64,000 nt of DNA from Octopus vulgaris. Lineage: Eukaryota. Position 1 is the first letter of the stretch. Each line of letters begins with the position of its first letter. Where the stretch lies: the NCBI GenBank assembly GCA_951406725.2, contig OX597828.1, positions 38,440,001-38,504,000 of the forward strand, given 5' to 3'. A program made the translations under genes and the position numbers. The notes under the pieces were generated by a model. It saw only the letters and a program-made list of their open reading frames with translations. It had not been told where the DNA came from and did not search any database. Shown one piece after another: positions 55,252 through 64,000 of the stretch.

Positions 55252-55302
<51 letters not shown>

Positions 55303-55477
55303 CTTCAAGAAAGTTAGAGGTTGTGAATCCAACCCACTAAGGGATAATATCTATCCAATATACTGCTGGTAGAATACCCAATTATTAATACACAAGTGTT
55401 TTTATTGCATTGCAATTACATTACCTTGTGTAATAAATGGGTGGAACCACCTATTGATCCCCTCCATTTTCTTATTG

Positions 55478-55584
<107 letters not shown>

Positions 55585-55585
55585 G

Positions 55586-55635
<50 letters not shown>

Positions 55636-55636
<1 letters not shown>

Positions 55637-56017
55637 TGGCACTCTGTCAGTTACGGCGACGAGGGTTCCAGTTGATCCGATCAACGGAACAGCCTGCTCG
55701 TGAAATTAACGTACAAGTGACCGAGCAGTCCACAGACACGTGGTTCCTTAATGTTGTTCACAGGGAGATCCAGCGTGACACGGAGAGTGACAAGGTCGGC
55801 CCTTTGAAATACACATACAACAGAAACAGGACGAAAGAGTGAGAGAAAGTTGGGGTGAAAGAGTACAGCAGGGATCGCTACCACCCCTTGCCGGAGCCTC
55901 ATGGAGCTTTAGGTATTTTCGTTCAATAAACACTCACAACGCCCGGTCTGGGAATCGAAACTGCGATCCTATGACCACGAGTCCGCTACCCTAACCATTG
56001 GAACATTGCGCCTCCAC
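55636..56017 (-). mobile_element. SINE family B
   Basis: Reverse complement of 8102-8490. Confidence 0.85.
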
Positions 56018-56525
56018 ACACACACATACTTATATATATATACATACATATATATGCATACATGCATGTGTGTGTGTGAGAGAGAGGATGTATGAGACGT
56101 CTGTGGATATCAGTATGTTTATGTGTATCTGCATCTGTGTGTGTGTGTGTAAATTAATATTTTAGCTATCCTTTCTAACTAATGTTTTATATTTTATTTC
56201 ATACCATCTATCTATTGATTTATCGATCTGTTCGTTTCTCTGTATATCTAAAATGTTTCCCTCTCTCCCACTCTCTGTTTCTTTCTTTCACTTTTTATCT
56301 GTCTGTCTGTCTCTCTCTCTCTCTCTTTCTTGCCCTCTCTCTCTCTCTCTCTCTTTCTCAGTCTCTGTCTCTAGTTAAACAGACTCATAGGTAATTAAAC
56401 TGATCGATAAATCAATAGATAATAGGAAATATAGCTATAAAATAATAGTTGTCAAGTGCAACGTTTAAAAGTTATGTAGCATGAGAATTTATGAAATAAT
56501 GTACGTTAGGGTTTGCATAACAGTG

Positions 56526-56557
<32 letters not shown>

Positions 56558-58927
56558 CGTGGGTGTGTGGGTGTGTGGGTGTGTGTGCGTGTGTGTGTGT
56601 ACGTGTGTGTGTGTGTGAGCGTGCATCTGTGTGTGCGTGCGCGTGCGTTAGCGTGTGTGAGAGAGAGAGAGAGAGCGTGCGCGTACGTGAGCGTTTGAGT
56701 GGGTGTGTAGGGGTGTGTGTGTGTGTGTGTGCGTGCGTGCATGCATGGTACGTGTGTGCGTCTGTATTGCGTGCGCGTGCGTGGGCATGTGTGTGTGGTG
56801 CGTGTGTGTTTGTGTGAGTGTGGTGCGCGTGCGTGCATGTGTAAGCGTGTGTACGTAAGCATGTGTGTGTGTGTGCGTATGTGTGTGCTTTTGTGTGTGT
56901 GTGTGTATGATATGGGGTACAAAGGGTAACATCTTGTGATAGGTCCTTTGCCAAAAACACTTTTTTTTTTTGTTACTACTCATATTGTACACTTTCATAT
57001 GTAAATAATATGGAACCGTTTATTATCGATTTGACGAGGAAATCAACCAGAGATCTAGGCTAATATGACTGTATTCTTTCGTTCTGTATACTGTTTTGTT
57101 CTTTGCTGATCGATTTCTCTTCCAAATGTGTACCGATGGAGACAAACGTAAGATTCAAAGTTAGTGTAAAGATCTCGTTAACACTTGTGGCTTCTGCAGG
57201 GACTATCAAAACAAGATCCTCGACAGCTAGATCTCTTTTGTTTTATATTTGCAAACCGATTTATATCAATGCTGTGTATTTACTAACGACTCTCTATAAA
57301 TACATTCAATTGATGTTAAAACCAGCTGGTCATACCAATCAAGCCTTCTTCGAGAAATAAATAATTAATAACCTCATTAGCTCAGAAATAAATCGTTAAA
57401 CTTCCATGGTGAAATTCATTCTAGCAGACGAGTTTTGTTTTAATTTTTGTTTTCTTTTTTTTTTAATCTTTAATATATTTTTAATGATGTTGGTAATATG
57501 TCTAACTAATAATGGTAGGTAACTCTAATTGCAAATAATTTCAGTCGAACTCTTCAAGATGAGAGATTGAAAAATTCTCATGAAAATAATCAAGAAATTT
57601 GTTTTTGTTTATTTACGGAGAATCGCGAAGTTGTTTCTAAACTTATTTTTACAGGTAAGCTTTGCTATTGTAATACAGCCACAAATACATTTGGGATTAA
57701 GATATGCATGACTTTTCGTTTTCCTTTTTGTTTCTTGTTGTTTTTTAATTTATTTCCGTGCGTTAATAACTTTGCGAGAGAATATTTCGCGGCATGTTAT
57801 TTTGTTTCACTTATTAATCTTGATTAATTAAATAGTTGCTGTCGTTGTTTTTTTTATAACCAAGGTTAGCTCTGCTGAAGTAGACTTACTACGAAAATAT
57901 TTACGTTGTGACCATACTGCATTTTTTAAAAGTATTTTTCCCTTCATTTTATATTAGAGTAGAGTTTGATTTGTGAGAGATTTAACTGTTATTGTCAACC
58001 GGTCGAGCGACCACATAAATGTTCCGTCGTTAACTTGTCGATTGAGATAAGGAAGCTATAGGCGATTAATTCTTACGAATGCTACTGAAAACTGGAACCG
58101 ATCCAAGTTTGGTCTTCGGCATTTCGCCCAACGATTTCGTTTTAACACTTTAGCTTTGCGTCCACTTTATAATAGCTACACGTAGAGAAGCTATAAAATT
58201 TATTTGCAAAACAATTGTTAGATGAGAATTGATAAATGTTATTGTAATATCCTCTCCTCCACTTCATTTCTAAAACATTACATCGTGTTTTAAACAAATG
58301 AGTTAAGTTCAACAAAAGAATTTGATTAAAATGTCGGGGTTGTCTCCCTTACATTTCTTTTCGTTTTTACCAAAATCGATCGTAGGTTATATGGCGTTTC
58401 ATGCAAAAATTCTTTAGTTAACAAATAGTAAAATTCTGTAAGGAGAAATAGAAGCATAAGTCTTATATCTGTATTGGCTTCAAAATAATCAACGTTTTAT
58501 ATTAATTTAAACCCCAAAAATTAAATTAAGATTCCTTCACTCGTAAAAACCGAAACTTTCTCCTGGTTCCCCATTTTAAGTAGTAAATGCTTTCACATTC
58601 CCGATCTCGGAGAAACAGAGGCGGCTAACAGCACCCCATACGCTATTAAAATATAATTTACATGTTTAATTGATTCTAATTGAAGGGAGATAATTATCAA
58701 AATTGCTTATTTGTTTGTTGAGGCAAGGTGTTAAGCCAGCTGGAAACATGTTTATTCCCAAAGAATCAATCATCTCCATGATTTAACTCTTCACTTTATG
58801 CCATGGCATACATGGCACATACCAATCTTTTAATTATTATGTGTGTAATGGTTCTCTCATCGCAACAAACCAAACAGCAACAACTATTCACAAGCGACGA
58901 TGGGTTGGCAGTACGTACCATGTTTGG

Positions 58928-59308
58928 AAGTACTCCGTCGGTTACGACGACGAGGGTTCCGGTTGATCCGATCAACGGAACAGCCTGCTCGTGAAATTAA
59001 CGTGTAAGTGGCTGAGCACTCCACAGACACGTGTACCCTTAACGTACTTCTCGGGGATATTCAGCGTGACACAGAGAGTGACAAGGCCGGCCCTTTGAAA
59101 TACGGGTACAACAGAAACAGGAAGTCAAGAGTGAGAGAAAGTTGTGGTGAAAGAGTACAGCAGGGATCACCACCATCCCTGCTGGAGCCTCGTGGAGCTT
59201 TAGGTGTTTTCGCTCAATAAACACTCACAACGCCCGGTCTGGGAATCGAAACCGCGATTCTACGACCGCGAGTCCGCTGCCCTAACCACTGGGCCATTGC
59301 GCCTCCAC
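58928..59308 (-). mobile_element. SINE family B, full length with TSD
   Basis: ACCATGTTT flanks both ends (58917-58925 and 59307-59315). Confidence 0.9.
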
Positions 59309-59464
59309 CATGTTTAAGATGCTTATGTCGTCATGAGCTGACGTAGACGCACCCACATCATCCTCCTACACTTGATTAGCAGCAGAACATCCAGGATGTG
59401 ACAACTACAACGACACCTACCCCAGGATTAGGCTGGCATTCATGTTTCAGTTAAGTGTTTTTGT

Positions 59465-59745
59465 TGTTGTTCCTTCTCCAGCTATGCTTGGCTCATAAGG
59501 GCCGGTTTCATTGGCGTATAGGTTCCCCACCTTGACGGGACGCTGGTCCGTCACAGGTCAGCTGCTAGATGCAGGAGGAGAGAGTTTGAGAAAGTTGTGG
59601 CGAAAGAGTCATCAGAAGTTCGCCATTACTTTCTGTCAGAGCCATGTGGAGCCTTGGTGTTTCGATCATAAACGCACACATCGCCCGGTCTGAGGTTCAA
59701 ACCTGCGATCTTTCGTGCTCTAACCACTAAACCATGTGCCTCCTC
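59465..59745 (-). mobile_element. SINE family B2
   Basis: Reverse complement of 42774-43076. Confidence 0.8.
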
Positions 59746-60339
59746 TGTTTCAGTTAAGTGGACAGCAGTAATGTGAAATACAGTGCCTTCCTCGGGGAAT
59801 CGAACCCACGACTTTGTGATCACCCTAATCCCGCGATCACACAGATTCATTACATTCCGTCTTTTTCTTTTTTTCATAAGTCCAGTTACCTCGTTTCCAT
59901 GGTGAAAGTGATCAGGATGCAATCCATTGCTAAATTCAAGGCCAATCATTTTGAAGGGAGGAAAAAATCGATTGATTACAACGACCCACCCACCCACCTA
60001 CCCAGTACTTGACGGATACTTTATTATATTATCGACCCCAAAGGGATGAAAGGTGAAGTTGACCTTAGCAGGATTGAACTATGAATGTAAAGAATCAGAA
60101 GACATGCCACTATTTAGTCTGATGTGTTAATGACTTTGCCAGCTTCACTACATTGCTATACAATAAATAGCATTAAAAAGCTTTTTATTTTTTCATTAAG
60201 TAATAAAATACGTTGTTTCTGCAACATAATCTTTGTCTTTTGGTGGGATGAATGGGGTTTGATTTGTCCTACGAGTCATAAAAACATTTCTCAGTACCTC
60301 CTTCTCCCAAAAGATTTCCCTAAGCTCTAATTCAGATCC

Positions 60340-60640
60340 TGGAGACACATGGCCTAGTGGTTAGAGCAGGGGACTTACAGTCATGGGATCGTAGGTTCGA
60401 ATCTCAGACCGGGCAATGTGTGTGTTTATGAGCGAAACACCTAAGCGCCACACAGCTTCAGCAGAAGGTAATGGCAAACTTCTACTGACTCTTTCACCAC
60501 AACTTTCTCTCACTCTTTCCTCCTGCATCTAGCAGTTCAATTGTGACAGACCGGCATCGCATCCAGGTGGGGAACCTATATGCCAATGAAACTGGGAAAC
60601 TGGCCTTTATGAACCAGGTATGGTTTGAGAAGGAACAAAC
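60340..60640 (+). mobile_element. SINE family B2
   Basis: Collinear with 42774-43076. Confidence 0.85.
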
Positions 60641-61593
60641 TCTAAAGTCTTGCAGCTACAACTTGGTAGCCTTTACTGATGAGGACTACTAAAACCCAAA
60701 ACCTGTTCAAAGTTGTCACTGATTGGCTAAAGATCAGACTCACTCACCATCATATTTCATATTTAGTTCTATCTTTTCTTTTTCTTGTTTCAGTCACTGG
60801 ACTGTGGCCATGCTGGAGTATTGCCTTGAAGAATTTAGTTGAACAAATTGAACACACTACGTTTTTTTTACCCACCAAGCCTGATACTTATACTATCAGT
60901 CTTTCTTTGCTAGACTGCTAAATTACTGGGAAGTAAACAAACCAACACCGGTTGTCAGATAGTGGTGGACACATTCACACACAAACACACACACATATAC
61001 GACAGGTTTCTTTCAGTTTTTGTCTACCAAATCCCTTCAAATAGTTCTGGTCAGCCTGGGGCAATAGGTGCTGTGCAGTGAGACTACTCCCAGGACCACA
61101 TGATTGGGAAACAAGTTTCTTAACCACTTAGCCATTCCTGTATCTACTAATTTTCTTTTATTGTTGTTTTTTAATGCAGGGATGGGGCTGGTATTCATCA
61201 GTTTAAGAGCCACCAAATTAGATGACTTTGATGATGTCATTACAATTAGTACAATTAATATATTCCACTATTTCAAAGTTATTCCAGTTAGAGAAGTTAT
61301 AAAATTTGTTTATAAGCTAAATAAATAAAAACATATTTAATATCTATAAGTAATTAATTCTAGAAACTGAAAAATGCTTCATTTCTAAATCTCTAAATTC
61401 ACATAAATTCAGTAAGATAGTTGTCAGTCTTATTGCATCTTGATCCATTCATAACCTTAAACATAACTGTAGCTCAGTTTAAAGTTTAAGCTAACTTTGA
61501 AGTTTTGAAGGAACAGGTTCAGCTTGAGAAAGTGTGGAAGTAAAAATGAATGGAATTTTGATTCTTTTTTTTCTTTTATAGATTTGTAATATA

Positions 61594-62158
61594 TTGGGTT
61601 GTCCGGAAAGTTTGTGCCGATTTATAGTAGCTCACCTTTCGACTTGTTTTAGAACATGGTTGAGTCCATAAAATAGGATTTGACTACACCTCCATTTGGA
61701 GCACGGTTTAAGCTATCTTTTCATGGAAGGAGGTTTATGTTCCTATAACTTGTGTTAATTTTGTAACCCTTTAAAATGGAAGATAAAAAAGTTCATTTTC
61801 GGCACTTGATGCTTTGGGAACCAGACAAAAATTGCTGCAGCTCGGCTGGGATGTGTTACCCCACCCTCCATATTCACCAGATATTGCTCCTTCAGATTTC
61901 CACTTATTCAGATCTCCTCAGAATAGTTTTAATGGTAAAAATTTCAATTCCTTGGATGACGTAAAAAGATACCTTGATGTATTCTTTGCCATGAAACCAC
62001 CTCAATTCTGGGAAGAGGGTATTTTCAAGTTAACAGAAAGATGGAGACGCAGTGTGCAACAAAATGGTTCGTATTTGGTTGATTAAAAATGCAATGGCAA
62101 GTATTTATTGATCTTTTTCTTTCTTTAAAAATCGGCACAAACTTTCCGGACAACCCAA
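61594..62158 (+). mobile_element. Internally deleted mariner element
   Basis: TIR TTGGGTTGTCCGGAAAGTTTGTGCCGATTT at both ends with TA TSD. Transposase start MEDKKVHFRHLMLWE is joined to the C-terminal LGWDVLPHPPYSPDIAPSDFHLFRS. Confidence 0.95.
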
Positions 62159-62367
62159 TACTTTGCAGAGAGAAATTTCACTCCCCAATAAGACAATGTT
62201 TACTGCCTGTTATAATGGGTTTTCTAATCAGAGCTCCACCATTAAATCATAAATTTATGTGCAGCTTTTCAACCTTTCCACTTTTCTACTTCCAGGGATT
62301 CACCCATAAATAAATCTCTTCCACAAATACACTATTTTTTATCCATTTATCAATTTCTTCATCTTTG

Positions 62368-62561
62368 TTTTTTACTTGTTTCAGTCCATTTGGCTGTGGC
62401 CATGCTGGAGCACCACCTTTAATCGAGCAAATCAACTCCAGGACTTATTCTATGTAAGCCTAGTACTTATTCTATCGGTCTCTTTTGCTGAACTGCTAAA
62501 TTACAGGGATGTAAACACACCAGCATTGGTTGTCAAGCGATGGACAAACACAGGCACACAA

Positions 62562-62636
<75 letters not shown>

Positions 62637-62811
62637 TACACATATATACAACGGGCTTCTTTCAGTTTCTGTCTAACAAATCCACTCACAAGGCTTTGGT
62701 CAGCCCGAGGCTATAGTAGAAGACATTTACCCAAGGTGCCACACAGTGGGACTGAACCCGGAACCATGTGGTTCATAAGCAAGCTACTTACCACACAGCC
62801 ACTCCTACGCT
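62368..62811 (-). mobile_element. SINE family A
   Basis: Reverse-complement match. Confidence 0.87.
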
Positions 62812-62911
62812 TATATCTTTTATTTTTTGACTTGTTTCAGTCATTAGATTGCAGACATACCATGCTGAGGCAAGCATATTAATTTTTGTTGTTTTTTTTT
62901 TTCTTTTACAG

Positions 62912-63549
62912 CTCCAGTGTTAGGAAGCATACCATTCATAATAACCAGGATGGAAGTTAAAGTGAAGCAAAGAACTCCAGAATGGTTTGAAGCTCGGAAA
63001 AAAGTAACCCTGACAGCTTCTAAATTTGGTGAAGCACTTGGTCTAGGCAGAGGCAAGCCCTACGATTTTTTTGTCTCCCTAATAGTGGACAGTGAGCATT
63101 ACCAAGAGGAAAATGAACAAACACGAAATATGAGTCATGGAATTAAAATGGAAAAAATCATTGGAGAAGCTTACGAACTATTAACTGGCTGTAAAACAAA
63201 TGAAACTGGATTTTGGGTTCCACAAGAGAGTGACTTGTTAGCTGGTTATGTTGGGGCTTCCCCTGATGCTTTGGTTTGTGAAGGAAGTGGGCTGAACTGG
63301 ACTATTGGACTTGCTGAATTCAAAGCCCCCATCTATAAACTTTACTCTGGAGATAATCTTATCCATGGCATCCCTCGAGCATATATGGCCCAAATTCAAG
63401 GACAAATGGCAATCTGTCGAATGCAATGGTGTGACTTTATGGCAGTTTGTGTAAAAACAAAAGAGATTATGCTAAAACGAGTTCACTTCTGCCGTGAATA
63501 TTGGCAATATATCTCTATGGAATTGATAGCTTTTTGCCAAGTTTTAAAG
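62912..63549 (+). CDS. Exon encoding a YqaJ-like viral recombinase / lambda-exonuclease-family nuclease domain; gene continues beyond window
   Basis: Motifs QRTPEWFEARK..LTASKF, HGIKME, GASPDAL, EFKAP, YMAQIQGQMAI and WCDF. Polypyrimidine tract + TACAG acceptor, donor AAG|GTATGT. First ATG at 62950. Confidence 0.9.
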
Positions 63550-63614
63550 GTATGTTGGAAATTTTTATCATAAAATTGATTTCCTCATGTAATTGTCATT
63601 AAACGAATGTTCTG

Positions 63615-63817
63615 GCAGAATCGTTAGCATGCCAAGTGAAATGTTTAGTGATATTTCATGTCTTCACATTCTGAGTTCAAATTCCACTGAGGTCAACTTT
63701 GCCTTTCATCTTTTTGAGGTTGATAAGATAATTACCAGTTATGTACTGAGGTCGATGTATTCTACTGGCCCCCTCCCTTACAATTTCAGGCCTTGTGCCT
63801 ATGGTAGAAAGGATTAT
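63615..63817 (+). mobile_element. SINE family C (diverged)
   Basis: TGGCAGAATCGTTAGC...GAGTTCAAATTCC...GCCTTTCATC. Confidence 0.8.
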
Positions 63818-63845
63818 TGATATGATCTAGCTTAACATGTTCACT

Positions 63846-64000
63846 ATTTATGTTAACTAATTATTGATGTTAACTAATTATTTATGTTATCTGATTGTTG
63901 TTGTTAACCAATTATTTATGTTAACTTACTTGTTAACCAACTGTTCATGGTAATTGACTGCTGATGTTAACCAAATGTTTATATTAACTGACTGTTGGTA
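63846..64000. repeat. Degenerate ~16-bp minisatellite with TGTTAAC core
   Basis: Repeated TATTTATGTTAACTAAT-like units. Confidence 0.7.

Overview
Repeat-dense, AT-rich animal genomic DNA, most likely an octopus or other coleoid cephalopod. This is an inference from the tRNA-derived SINE families and extreme microsatellite load. Two host protein-coding loci are well supported. One is a complete 4-exon cytochrome P450 gene (+, 36532-49132, 512 aa, clan-2-like). The other is a spliced exon encoding a YqaJ/lambda-exonuclease-like PD-(D/E)XK nuclease (+, 62912-63549) that continues past the window. The rest is mobile DNA: several RLE-type (R4/Dong-like) LINE families inserted in (TAA)n arrays, CR1/L2-, Tx1- and RTE-like fragments, Tc1/mariner remnants, hAT-like and other MITEs, and dozens of SINEs. 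The most unusual signals are (i) short fold-back elements in (TA)n tracts carrying hammerhead-ribozyme-like cores (Penelope/retrozyme-like), (ii) a two-family LINE-tail composite with identical breakpoints at two loci, (iii) a ~890 bp palindrome built from compound microsatellites, and (iv) candidate cryptic exons around the P450 3' end. Most ORFs in the supplied track are microsatellite or SINE artefacts. Repeat boundaries were read by eye and are approximate.
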